From an uncultured Clostridia bacterium (GTDB taxonomy: Bacteria; Bacillota; Clostridia; Christensenellales; Pumilibacteraceae): DNA of 64,000 bases. This document shows, in pieces, positions 36,042-45,533 of the stretch. The stretch is taken from the NCBI GenBank assembly GCA_944363615.1, contig CALVUQ010000001.1, forward strand, positions 44,691 to 108,690, given 5' to 3'. The notes beneath the pieces were generated by a model. That model ran no database searches, had not been told where the DNA came from, and saw nothing but the letters and a program-made list of their open reading frames with translations. Both the position numbers and the translations under genes were made by a program. Each line of letters starts with the position of its first letter. The first letter of the stretch is position 1.

Positions 36042-36117
36042 GATTTAATACCTCCTTATGGTCTTGTGTCCCCGTTTTCCTCGGGGAAAGGATAGCCCTT
36101 TTTATCGGGCAAATGGT
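36042..36117 (-). promoter_or_regulatory. rpsF 5' leader with GC hairpin (candidate S6:S18 autoregulatory leader)
   Basis: 76-nt UTR between the promoter and the SD, containing the hairpin ccccg aggaaaa cgggg (36070-36086). S6:S18-binding leaders are described for rpsF operons, but I could not score the motif. Confidence 0.3.
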
Positions 36118-36147
36118 ATTATAACATCATATTGAGAGTTTTGGCAA
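36118..36147 (-). promoter_or_regulatory. sigma-A type promoter of rpsF-ssb-rpsR
   Basis: Minus strand reads TTGCCA, 18-nt spacer, TATAAT, with a TGt extended -10. Confidence 0.6.
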
Positions 36148-36228
36148 CTGTTTTCAGATAAAAAAACAGACAAAACGCCGATTTTGCCTGTTTTCCATCT
36201 TCAGTTTTACTTAATAAACGCGCATACG

Positions 36229-37251
36229 TCAGATTTTATCTATTTCCACTAAAAGAGTAATGTATTTTGTGACGCAGGACGCCACTTCTTTGACCGAGTC
36301 GCCCACCTCTTCGAATTTTACGCGTTTGGAAATGAGGGGCAATACGTCCACGGCTTTTGAGGCCAGCATATTGACCGCCGAAAGATAATTGTCCTCCGCC
36401 CCCGTGACCGAACAAACCGACAACGCCTTGTGAAAAAGCGGCATAAAGTCAAACGTAAGATTGATTTTCGCGTCGTCGAATCCCACGAATGCGGCCCTGC
36501 CGCCGCGCGCAAGACACTCGAAAGCGCGTTGAACGGGCATATTGGTAAAAAGGCAATATGCCATAGTTTCCGCCATTTTGCCGCACGTTAACGAAAATAT
36601 CTTTTTTACGGGGTCTGTATCCACGGCGTTAACGGTGTAATAAATACCGAACTTTTCGGCAAGGTCAAGCCTGTCCTGGCGCATGTCGACGAGAATGGGC
36701 ACCGCCTGATAGTAAAGCGCGACCTGCGCGAGAATAAGTCCCACGCTGCTTGCGCCCACAATAACGATATGTTCGCCTTTTTCCAGCTTCAGTTTATCGA
36801 TGGCGGCAATGCAAAGCGCGACGGACTCTATAAACACGCCTTCGTCGGGGGAAACTTTAGGCGGCAACAGAATAAGATCCGACTGCGGCACAACCATGAA
36901 ATCTCTTAATACTCCGTTTTCGGTTTTACCGTAAGTGTAGCTGTGTTCGCATTCGCTTTTATGTCCGCTTCTGCAAAGGCTGCATTCGCCGCAGGACGAA
37001 ACGGGACGGACGTAAACCCTGTCGCCGCGCTTGAATCCAGTAACTTCCTCTCCCGTTTCCGTGACGATGCCGACGCCGTTTCTGCCCGCAATAAGCGGCA
37101 GATTTTGTCCGCTGTCGTTAAACAGCGCAACTTCGGGAGTGTCGATGGACGAAGTCAGCATTTTAATTTTGACGCATGAGGACGAAACCTGTTGCGCACC
37201 GAGGTCTGTCAACTCTATTTCGTGTTCGCCCTTTATCATCCATGCTTTCAT
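36229..37251 (-). CDS. medium-chain dehydrogenase/reductase (zinc-ADH-like) with degenerate catalytic zinc site
   Basis: Structural Zn motif CGECSLCRSGHKSEC and Rossmann motif VIVGASSVGL are present. GHE is replaced by GRN. ATG at 37251 is preceded by gaggaaag. Confidence 0.75.
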   Translation of the reverse strand: MKAWMIKGEHEIELTDLGAQQVSSSCVKIKMLTSSIDTPEVALFNDSGQNLPLIAGRNGVGIVTETGEEVTGFKRGDRVYVRPVSSCGECSLCRSGHKSECEHSYTYGKTENGVLRDFMVVPQSDLILLPPKVSPDEGVFIESVALCIAAIDKLKLEKGEHIVIVGASSVGLILAQVALYYQAVPILVDMRQDRLDLAEKFGIYYTVNAVDTDPVKKIFSLTCGKMAETMAYCLFTNMPVQRAFECLARGGRAAFVGFDDAKINLTFDFMPLFHKALSVCSVTGAEDNYLSAVNMLASKAVDVLPLISKRVKFEEVGDSVKEVASCVTKYITLLVEIDKI

Positions 37252-37432
37252 TGAAACTTTCCTCACGAATTGATTTTACCGATTATTACATAGTATATCA
37301 TATCCTGCCGAGAAAAACAACCGATAAGCGGTTTTTTTTGATTATTACAAGTTATACCATGATTTTATACGGTTTAAATCCGTTGAAATTTTTATATACC
37401 ACTGCGTTTTCCGCGCGATTCCGTCGCGTTTT

Positions 37433-40400
37433 TTACGAATACAGTTCTATAACGGGGGCAGCCGCCTCGTCCAGCAGAATTTCCAAATCGGAAAATTCGA
37501 TGGTGAACGTTTTGGAGGAAGTAAAGCCCAGTCCGAAAGCCGCCTCACCCGCCGTCAGGGAGAAATCGTGGCCCGACTGCTTGCTGTCGTAAATCTTGAC
37601 GTAATCTCCGCTTCGCTCGGAATAATAGTATAATCTGTAAGCGTTGTCTTCACGTATGAACATATACGAATACGTTTTGTTAAGCGCGGCAAACGTGCGG
37701 TTGTCGTACTCGTCGGTAAGATTGCTCTGGTTTTGCGGCGCCCAGACGGAATTGTCGGTAAGCACGCGGTAACCGCTTGCCCAGAATCCTATAAACGAAG
37801 TGTCGGTCCCGTTGTCGACGATGATGCCTATAGCGGGGTCGTACTCGATATTCGCGTCGCTAAGCTCGCTGTCGGTGGTGTAATCCCCCACGTCCGTCTT
37901 ATTGGTTACGCTGAACTTGATTACCGCGTTGTTTCCCACCCCTTCGGTAAAATAAGCGGTGCGGTTGTAATTTGCGGTGTAGACGTTTTCGTCGCGGCGG
38001 CTTGTGTCCCACGCGCTTAAATCCGAATAGATAGTCTGACCGTTAACCGTAACGCTGTTGCCGATCGCATAATGCTTGAGCAAAAACTCAGGCTGCGACT
38101 CTCCTTTGCGGTAATCGTATTCGGCAGTCGGATAGCCTGACTTTTCGACGGTAACCATATACTCCGCCGTTTCGGACAGAATTACGGAATAATTTCCTTC
38201 ACCGTCGGTTTTGCACCTGTAAACGTTGTAAGTGCCTTTTTCGCGGAAAGTCATGACAGCGCCCGCAACGGCTGAGCCGTCGGGAGAAGACGTCACTTTA
38301 CCCGAAAGCGTAAAAGCGTTTTCCGTTTTTCTGAAAATCACCTGGACTAACGACGCGGTTTCTTTGGTCGGAACCGCATAGCCCGACGCCGGGTCGGTAA
38401 TTTCCGCAGAAACGCCGTTTACTTTAAGAGAATCGAAAACGTAGCCGTCTTCGGGATAGATATACAGCGTTGCCGAGTTACCTGTTTCGGGAATCGGTGA
38501 CGGGATGCAGACGTAACCCTTACCCGTTACCGAAACCGCGGGCAGATAATTGCCCGAAGTCCCCGCAGGGCTTGCTTTGACGACATCCTCCGCGTTTTTG
38601 TAAACGCTGTAGTAGGCGTCAGTAAACCTTATCGAGGACGAGTCGGAATATAAGCCCACGGCACACGCGCCCGAGTAGTCCTGAGTGAATTTGTCTTCTT
38701 CGGATATGGCGTAAAGAATGTTACCCTCCGAGACAAGCATAATAAGACTACCCGCCTTATAAAGCGTAAATATCTTGTTACCGCCTAAAGAAGTAAAAGG
38801 AACGTCCAGTAGCGTACCGTCTGTAAACGAGAGGATAAATCCGCCCGAAGAAGTCTGAGACGCCGAAGCGGAGATCTCAAAAACGAAATTGTCGGAATAG
38901 CCGTGAGTGTAAAATACCTCGCGTCTGCCGTTTGCGTCCGTTTCCGCTCCCGTTCCTTTGACCGTCACGCCTTCGGTCATTAAGTCGCCGCATAAACTGT
39001 CGCCGAAATTTTCGCCCGCGCCTACGGACTGATAGCCGCTTGAGGAAAACGCGGGATAAGACGAAATCGCGGTGGCGGAAGAGACGGACGGCGGAAGAAT
39101 CAATATGCCCGAAGTGTATTCGCCCGCAGTTTCCACGCGATAATATGCGGGAAGGATTCTTACCCTTGCAATCGCGGCGGAATACCCCAGCTCCTCCCAG
39201 GAGATGAACGCCTCAGCCGTAAAGCTTACGGTGTTTCCCGAATTTATCACGCCGTCCACTCTTGCGCCGGACGTAATTTTGTTTTCAAACAGCTTATGAT
39301 TGTACGCGTCGATGTAAATCTGTTTGTATGTGCCGTCTTTAGTCTCGAAATAAAATCTGAAATGAGTGTTTTTAGTGAACTTGTTTTTAGCCGTCCAGCT
39401 TATTTTGTCGTCGTAAGCGCGCGCGTAAAAATAAACGCCGTTTTCGGTGAATACGCTTGAAGCCTCTATTTTCACGTCCTCGTAAAGATAGCTGAATTTG
39501 TTTTTGCCGATAATTTCGGGCTCGGAAGTAACGCCGTCTATCATCAGATAGCCGTCCGGCTGACTGCCGTTGGCGTTTTTGTAAGCAGGCTCATCCGCGC
39601 TTGTTTCGCCCGTTTTTCCCAAAATCACGATATCCCCTATCCTGATCTTATCGACGGAAGAATTGTATTTGTCCTGCTGCCTTACCGAAATTTCTATCTT
39701 TTTGACGCTGACGGGCAAAAAGTCCGCGATTACGGAGCCGCCCGGCCGCATGACCGATTTTGCGCGGTTGACACTGTTTTCGTCCGCGGTAAGCCCGCTT
39801 AACACCTTCTGCGTCCCGTCCGCCATGGTAAGCGTGATTTTATCCACTCTTTCAAGAGCATAGTCGTAAGTGTAGCTGGAATAAATCATTACGGCGCGAA
39901 TCTGTTCGGGCTGCGGGAATTCAATAGTAATGACGCTGTCGGAAACGGCCTCGAACTCCAGGTCCTTATCGAAAGGCTGGTACGCGAATCGGTAATCGGA
40001 CAAAAATCTCAGCGTTCCCGCGGTGGCGTTCGTCGCGCTGATACTCACCTTTGAAGTAATATTTCCGTATCCGGAAGCAACCTCGGGAAGCGGCTGAAGC
40101 GAATAAGTCGGACCGTTACCCTGCAGTATATCGAAATCGTAATACGGACTGCTTACGAACTGTACTCTGTCGACGGCAATGGCTCTGCCCATGAAACTGT
40201 CGTTTTCGTTGTTGTTCAACGGATTGTAAAAGGCGTGATAGACGGCAAAAATTTCGTCGCCCGCCTTAACGAAGCTGTGATGTCCCGAACCGGACATGAA
40301 ATCGTATGCGCTGCTTTCAAAGCCTATGCCGATGACGGGATTGGCGTTTGAACGCGTAAGTTTGGTGAAGGGACCCAAAGGAGTGTCGCCCACAGCCTGC

Positions 40401-43400
40401 ATTATGGAATATCTCCTGCTGCCGTATCCGAACGGCGAATATGTAAGATAAAATTTGTTTTTGTGTTCTATGACGAAAGTGCCCTCGTTGATGTTACCGT
40501 CGAACGAGCCGCCCGCGTCGTCGGGTACTTTGACGCCCGTCCAGTCTTTTTCCAGAATACTGCCCGTTTTTCCCGTATAAAGATGATAGTTGGGGGAAGC
40601 CAGTTTGGTCATAGTACTCCAGTCGGGCGTAACCATGTCTTTCATATTAAGCGCCCAGATGTGATTTCCCGAAACGGCGGAGCTTGTATGCTGCGAAAAA
40701 TATATGTAAAAATCACCGCTTTCGGTAAAGAACGGACTTACGTCGATGGACGGCCATATACCCATACCCGTAACCGAATCGACGAATCGGGACCCCTGCG
40801 AGGCAAGCTGATCCGCGAAATGTTTGCCGAAGTTAATGGGCGGAGTGGACTCGTTAAGCAAGTCGCCGTTAAGGTTTGTCGTTGCGCCCGCGCCGTAATA
40901 TCTTTCAGCCGTAACCATTCTGTACGGGCCCACGGGCGTATCGGATATACCTATGCCGAGATATAATCTGTCATATGTGTTTGCGTCCGAAGCGATGTAT
41001 GCGGTACTTGAGGTGCCGCGCTTGGATCTTGCCGAGAAGAATATGAAATACTTGCCGCTTTCGGGATCGCGTATGAGTTCCGGCGCCCAATAGTAGCCGT
41101 CCGACCAGGCTGAAGAAGTGATTTCAAGCGCATTGCCGTCACCGGCCCCGCCGCAACGTTCCCACGCGGACAAATCGCGCGAGCGGTAAAGCGGATATGC
41201 GGAAGATCCTCCCCCGCCGGTCACCGCCATATAAAACCAGCCGCCGTAGACGGGATCTTCCTCCGTAGATACGTACATGACTCCGGGGTCCGCGCCGTCT
41301 ATTTCCAGATCGTTGCGGTAAAACAGCGACGTATCGTAGCTTGTGCCGGCGCCCAGACCGTTTGTCACCGTGCCCATAAAGTCGGTTGCGGAGGTTTCGT
41401 CCGCAATAAAATGAATTTCGATTTCGTTAAGCTTGAAGTTTTTATCCGCGCGGAAAGAGAAAACGTAATCGCCGCCGTTTTCCTCCGTAGCAGTAAGAGG
41501 GTTGCCGTTAAGCGTCACGTAATCCAGTACATATCCGTCAAGCGGACGTGCCAGAACCATAAGGTCCTTAAGGGTGCTTATTCTGTCCGAATCGAATCCT
41601 TCAAGCTGAACCGTGCCGAAAGCGTTGCGAGTAACGGAAACGTCGGTGAACAGCATGCTTTCGATATAGGCGTAATCGGCGTAAATATCGACAGCGGAAA
41701 ATTCCGCGCCGAAATCCGCAGAATCCGATTTTGCAGCAAGACCGTATACGCAGTTTCCGTCCAGTCCGTCCACGCGCACGTCGTAGCGGTTTTCCGCGCC
41801 GCCCTCGCTTTCGGTATAATAAACGCAGATATAATTTTCGTATTTTATGATTTTAAAGCCGTTGTCGTAATTTAATCCGATTCCGTCAATCTTTTCAATC
41901 AATGCGCCGTTTGCGTAAACATATACCCCGTCGGAGCCATAGATTACCGTGGCGGTAATCTTTCCGTTGGAGGCCGTGAATCCCGCGCCGCCCGCGCTTA
42001 AGGACGAGATATCGATTTTACCCTCCGCAACGGCGTAAGGACTGACAAAATTCTTTTTGAAAACGCTTTCTTCCCCAACCCCCGCGGCGAAAAGTTTTTC
42101 CTCTCCGTCGAAAGTTCCGCTGAACTTAACGCCGTCGAAGTCGAATGAAGGACGCATGATAACGATGTCTTTTTCAACGTCGTCGTAGTTAAGCACCGCA
42201 CGCAACGAGCAATCGTAATAGCCTTGCGCGTTTACTTTCACTTCGTAAATTCCTTTGGGAAGATCAACCGAATAACCCCCGTACGCATCGGTGGTTACGA
42301 CGGCGGCAGTTTCGCCCGTTTGTTCGTCGGAAATTTCTATCGTAAGATCCGAAACGGGTAAATTTTCGCCGTAAGTGAAAACGCTGCCCGACAAATTTAT
42401 AGCCGATTTTTCGGGTCTGAAAGTGACGGACACCGAAATATCCTCAGTTACCGTAACGTCTGTAAAACCCGTAAGATCGATAAAAATCGTATTATCGCCG
42501 TAAGAAAGGCTGTATGGCACGTATCCCGGCTGCGGAGTATAATAAATTCTTACATTCTTGCCGTAGTCTACGTATTCGGACTCCGCGTACGCCGTGCCGT
42601 TTTCCGCGGCCAAAACGGTGACCTTGTGCTTTTCTAAAGAGAACACGCACTCTATTTCAACATCGTAATGTATGTCGCTTAACGAAAGCACGCCGCCGTT
42701 TAATTCATCTATACGCTCCTGTCCGTTGATAAGTAAAGAAGTCAGTTCGTAATGAAGGGCCGCCTGGACCGAAATATCCAGACTGTCCCCGGGAATCACC
42801 GATTCCGACGAAGGCGTAACTTCCCCTTCTCCCGTAACGCTGACGGATACGTTGTATGCCGAAACCGCGGTAAAGGAAACAGATATTAAAATATCGCCGT
42901 TTACGGTAAGCGTATATTCGCCGCCCAAAGAAATCCCGCTTACGTCCAGATTCTGAAAATCGCTGCCGTCGGGCTTGCTGACTTTTACCGAACCCACGCG
43001 GTAATCCGTATCGGGCTTCAGGGTGAGGACGATGTTTCCGCCGCTTTCCACGCGGTTTTTATCCACCGTGACGCTGCCGTTGGTTTTGCCGGTCCTGTCG
43101 GGTATTACCACGGTGTCCACGGAATAAACCTCCGCTTCGGGCGTCTGCTCGTCTATGACGAACACTGCCGACAGTGAAATGTCGGAGCTGATGTTATGTA
43201 TGGTAAATGTGTTGTCAGTAATAAGCGAAGAGCTTAACTCGTGTACGCCCGAGGAATCGGTATAAATCGCCTTTTCGGTTTTATAGCCGCTTTCGGGGAT
43301 AAGCCTTACAGTAAGCGAATCCCCTTTCGTAAGCGTATATTTGCCGCCTATGTCGATATTGCCGCCCGAGGTCTCCTCTATCGTGACGTAACATGTCCCG

Positions 43401-43501
43401 GTATCGGTCGGCTCGTTTTCTTTGGGCGGACTGCACGCGAAACACGCCAAAACAGCAAGGCACAATAATGCCGTCGTAACAAAAAATAACTTCCTCTTCA
43501 T
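37433..43501 (-). CDS. 2022-aa multidomain surface lipoprotein with central GH43 catalytic domain
   Basis: Signal peptide with Cys lipobox (LAVLAC). Four to five ~85-aa Ig-like repeats. Two carboxypeptidase-regulatory-like domains. GH43 core at about aa 725-1125 (YWAPELI, NINEGTFVIEHKNKFYLTYS, GSGHHSF). CBM- and ConA-like beta-sandwich regions at the C-terminal side. Confidence 0.85.
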   Translation of the reverse strand: MKRKLFFVTTALLCLAVLACFACSPPKENEPTDTGTCYVTIEETSGGNIDIGGKYTLTKGDSLTVRLIPESGYKTEKAIYTDSSGVHELSSSLITDNTFTIHNISSDISLSAVFVIDEQTPEAEVYSVDTVVIPDRTGKTNGSVTVDKNRVESGGNIVLTLKPDTDYRVGSVKVSKPDGSDFQNLDVSGISLGGEYTLTVNGDILISVSFTAVSAYNVSVSVTGEGEVTPSSESVIPGDSLDISVQAALHYELTSLLINGQERIDELNGGVLSLSDIHYDVEIECVFSLEKHKVTVLAAENGTAYAESEYVDYGKNVRIYYTPQPGYVPYSLSYGDNTIFIDLTGFTDVTVTEDISVSVTFRPEKSAINLSGSVFTYGENLPVSDLTIEISDEQTGETAAVVTTDAYGGYSVDLPKGIYEVKVNAQGYYDCSLRAVLNYDDVEKDIVIMRPSFDFDGVKFSGTFDGEEKLFAAGVGEESVFKKNFVSPYAVAEGKIDISSLSAGGAGFTASNGKITATVIYGSDGVYVYANGALIEKIDGIGLNYDNGFKIIKYENYICVYYTESEGGAENRYDVRVDGLDGNCVYGLAAKSDSADFGAEFSAVDIYADYAYIESMLFTDVSVTRNAFGTVQLEGFDSDRISTLKDLMVLARPLDGYVLDYVTLNGNPLTATEENGGDYVFSFRADKNFKLNEIEIHFIADETSATDFMGTVTNGLGAGTSYDTSLFYRNDLEIDGADPGVMYVSTEEDPVYGGWFYMAVTGGGGSSAYPLYRSRDLSAWERCGGAGDGNALEITSSAWSDGYYWAPELIRDPESGKYFIFFSARSKRGTSSTAYIASDANTYDRLYLGIGISDTPVGPYRMVTAERYYGAGATTNLNGDLLNESTPPINFGKHFADQLASQGSRFVDSVTGMGIWPSIDVSPFFTESGDFYIYFSQHTSSAVSGNHIWALNMKDMVTPDWSTMTKLASPNYHLYTGKTGSILEKDWTGVKVPDDAGGSFDGNINEGTFVIEHKNKFYLTYSPFGYGSRRYSIMQAVGDTPLGPFTKLTRSNANPVIGIGFESSAYDFMSGSGHHSFVKAGDEIFAVYHAFYNPLNNNENDSFMGRAIAVDRVQFVSSPYYDFDILQGNGPTYSLQPLPEVASGYGNITSKVSISATNATAGTLRFLSDYRFAYQPFDKDLEFEAVSDSVITIEFPQPEQIRAVMIYSSYTYDYALERVDKITLTMADGTQKVLSGLTADENSVNRAKSVMRPGGSVIADFLPVSVKKIEISVRQQDKYNSSVDKIRIGDIVILGKTGETSADEPAYKNANGSQPDGYLMIDGVTSEPEIIGKNKFSYLYEDVKIEASSVFTENGVYFYARAYDDKISWTAKNKFTKNTHFRFYFETKDGTYKQIYIDAYNHKLFENKITSGARVDGVINSGNTVSFTAEAFISWEELGYSAAIARVRILPAYYRVETAGEYTSGILILPPSVSSATAISSYPAFSSSGYQSVGAGENFGDSLCGDLMTEGVTVKGTGAETDANGRREVFYTHGYSDNFVFEISASASQTSSGGFILSFTDGTLLDVPFTSLGGNKIFTLYKAGSLIMLVSEGNILYAISEEDKFTQDYSGACAVGLYSDSSSIRFTDAYYSVYKNAEDVVKASPAGTSGNYLPAVSVTGKGYVCIPSPIPETGNSATLYIYPEDGYVFDSLKVNGVSAEITDPASGYAVPTKETASLVQVIFRKTENAFTLSGKVTSSPDGSAVAGAVMTFREKGTYNVYRCKTDGEGNYSVILSETAEYMVTVEKSGYPTAEYDYRKGESQPEFLLKHYAIGNSVTVNGQTIYSDLSAWDTSRRDENVYTANYNRTAYFTEGVGNNAVIKFSVTNKTDVGDYTTDSELSDANIEYDPAIGIIVDNGTDTSFIGFWASGYRVLTDNSVWAPQNQSNLTDEYDNRTFAALNKTYSYMFIREDNAYRLYYYSERSGDYVKIYDSKQSGHDFSLTAGEAAFGLGFTSSKTFTIEFSDLEILLDEAAAPVIELYS

Positions 43502-43556
43502 ACTCCCGTTCCTGATAAATAAGTTTAATGCGGTTCTTATTATAAAGTCTTATATT

Positions 43557-43584
43557 AGTATACCATAAATTCGTTTTTTGTCAA
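43557..43584 (-). promoter_or_regulatory. sigma-A type promoter of the giant GH43 gene
   Basis: Minus strand reads TTGACA, 16-nt spacer, TATACT, with a TGg extended -10. Confidence 0.5.
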
Positions 43585-43804
43585 CGAACGGCAAGAAACA
43601 AATTCTTATCACGCAATGATTCTGACGCGATTTATGCGCATATATACATATAAAACCGTAAACGAAATTTGCGTAGAAATTCTGCCCCGATCCCGGCAGA
43701 TATACTGATAATATACGCGGCGCAAGGTTTTAACCGTTATAAGCAGATTAGATAAAATCAGTATCTCAATAAATATTACGCGGCGGAATCTTCGATATGC
43801 AAGC

Positions 43805-43847
43805 GTAAAAAAACGCCCCCGGCCCGCCTTCGGGCAAAGAGCGTTTC
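43805..43847 (-). terminator. rho-independent terminator after the MBL hydrolase gene
   Basis: Nested hairpin aaacgc..gcccg-aagg-cgggc..gcgttt followed by a T7 run on the minus strand. Confidence 0.7.
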
Positions 43848-43854
43848 AATTTAT

Positions 43855-44709
43855 TCAGATTTCTATTTTATAGCCGTCGTAAGCAAGTATGAAGCCTTCC
43901 TTTTCGGCAAGGGGTTTGAAGTCGCCGTAACCTACCTCAGGGCCGTTGTGCGAAAAATGAGTGACTATATCCACCGTATCGTCCTTATATACTCCCGCGG
44001 CTTTAAGTTTATCGCGCATCATGATTACGCTGGGAAGTCCCATGTGCGAAGCGTTTTCGCCCCAGTCATGATAGGTGTCCATCATTCCCATGGTGCAGTC
44101 GTAGCTTACAAGGTCGAATTTTATGCCGCTTTTTGCCAGCCAATCGACGACGGGCTGTTTAAGGACGCCGCTGTCGTTGAGATAAAAAATAGTCTTACCG
44201 TTTTTGGAAATCACGTAGACAAACGGACTGACCGTACCGTGCGTCGCCGGCAGAGGAATAACCTTGAAATTTCCGATTTTATATTTTTCGTAAGGCTTCA
44301 TGACCGACAAAACGACTCGTCCCTGGTCCAAAAGGTATTGTCCGTTTCCTGCCATGTAGTCGTAATACTTTTCCACAATGTTGGAAGAGCCGTGTAAAGT
44401 AATGGCAGGATATTCCATGTCGTAACAAAATCCTTTCTGACGGTTGTGAAGTTCTTGCGGATAATAATGGTCCTCGTGGGTATGCGTGATAAGAACGTCG
44501 CCGAGCTGTGACAAATTATATCCCGCCTTAAGCGAATTTTGGTAAGTATCGGCGCCGAAGTCCACCAAAAGCTCGTCGTCGATCATCACCTGAGAACGGC
44601 CGCGGACATATCTGCCGCCTTTCTCGCGCGCCTCCTGACACACCTTGCAATTACAGAACGCGCTGGGAATACCTTCCGCCGCTCCCGTACCCCAATAATG
44701 CAATTTCAT
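43855..44709 (-). CDS. MBL-fold metallo-hydrolase
   Basis: ITHTHEDHY (HxHxDH) motif. ATG at 44709 is preceded by ggagg. Confidence 0.8.
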   Translation of the reverse strand: MKLHYWGTGAAEGIPSAFCNCKVCQEAREKGGRYVRGRSQVMIDDELLVDFGADTYQNSLKAGYNLSQLGDVLITHTHEDHYYPQELHNRQKGFCYDMEYPAITLHGSSNIVEKYYDYMAGNGQYLLDQGRVVLSVMKPYEKYKIGNFKVIPLPATHGTVSPFVYVISKNGKTIFYLNDSGVLKQPVVDWLAKSGIKFDLVSYDCTMGMMDTYHDWGENASHMGLPSVIMMRDKLKAAGVYKDDTVDIVTHFSHNGPEVGYGDFKPLAEKEGFILAYDGYKIEI

Positions 44710-44784
44710 TTTCCATACCTCCAAAACTTTATTTGCACAGGCATCGCCCAGTAAACGAAGCGTCACCCGTTATAACAGTTAATT

Positions 44785-45519
44785 TCAATATTTTACCGAG
44801 ACGAGATAAAGTCCTTCTGCCGGCATTACTTCTCTTACGGCGTGTTTGTTTTTAAGGGCAATCAGCTTTTCCACGCCCTCGCCGTCGATTTTGCCCTGCC
44901 CCGCGCGCACAAGCACCCCCGCCATAAGCCTGACCATATTGTAAAGAAACCCGTTTGCCGTGACGAAGATTTTTACAAGGCCGCTGTGTCGGACTACGCG
45001 CACGTCTTTGACGTTTCTGACCGCGCTTACGGTGTCGGAGCCGGTGCTCATGAAAGAAGTGAAATCGTGCTCGCCTTTAAACGCGAAGGAAGCGGAGCGC
45101 ATAGCCTTTACGTCCAGTCGTTCGCTTACTCTGACGGCGCGGTTAAGAAAGATCGCGCGGTCGAATTTGCTTTCGTAAATGCAGTAGCAATACGTCTTTT
45201 CGTGCGCCGAAAACCGCGCGTGAAAGTCGCTTGCGGCTTTTTCCGCCTTTAAAATCCTGATATCGGGCGGAAGAAAGTGATTAAGCCCCGTCATAAAATT
45301 CTTTACGGGAATATCGGCGTTCGTGTCGAAATGCGCCACCTGACCCAAAGCGTGCACGCCCGCGTCCGTGCGCCCGCTTGCTACGACGGCGGCGCGCTCT
45401 CCCGTAAGCGAAAAAAGCGCGTCCTCCACTCTTTTCTGAATCGTGTCGCGGTCGGGCTGACGTTGCCAGCCGCTGTAAGCCGTGCCGATATAATCCAGCG
45501 TTAACTTTATCCTGCGCAT
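44785..45519 (-). CDS. truA: tRNA pseudouridine(38-40) synthase TruA
   Basis: YDGTAYSGWQRQ-like YIGTAYSGWQRQ and GRTDAGVHALGQVAHF catalytic Asp motif. Confidence 0.9.
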   Translation of the reverse strand: MRRIKLTLDYIGTAYSGWQRQPDRDTIQKRVEDALFSLTGERAAVVASGRTDAGVHALGQVAHFDTNADIPVKNFMTGLNHFLPPDIRILKAEKAASDFHARFSAHEKTYCYCIYESKFDRAIFLNRAVRVSERLDVKAMRSASFAFKGEHDFTSFMSTGSDTVSAVRNVKDVRVVRHSGLVKIFVTANGFLYNMVRLMAGVLVRAGQGKIDGEGVEKLIALKNKHAVREVMPAEGLYLVSVKY

Positions 45520-45533
45520 TCCGGTTTCACCCC

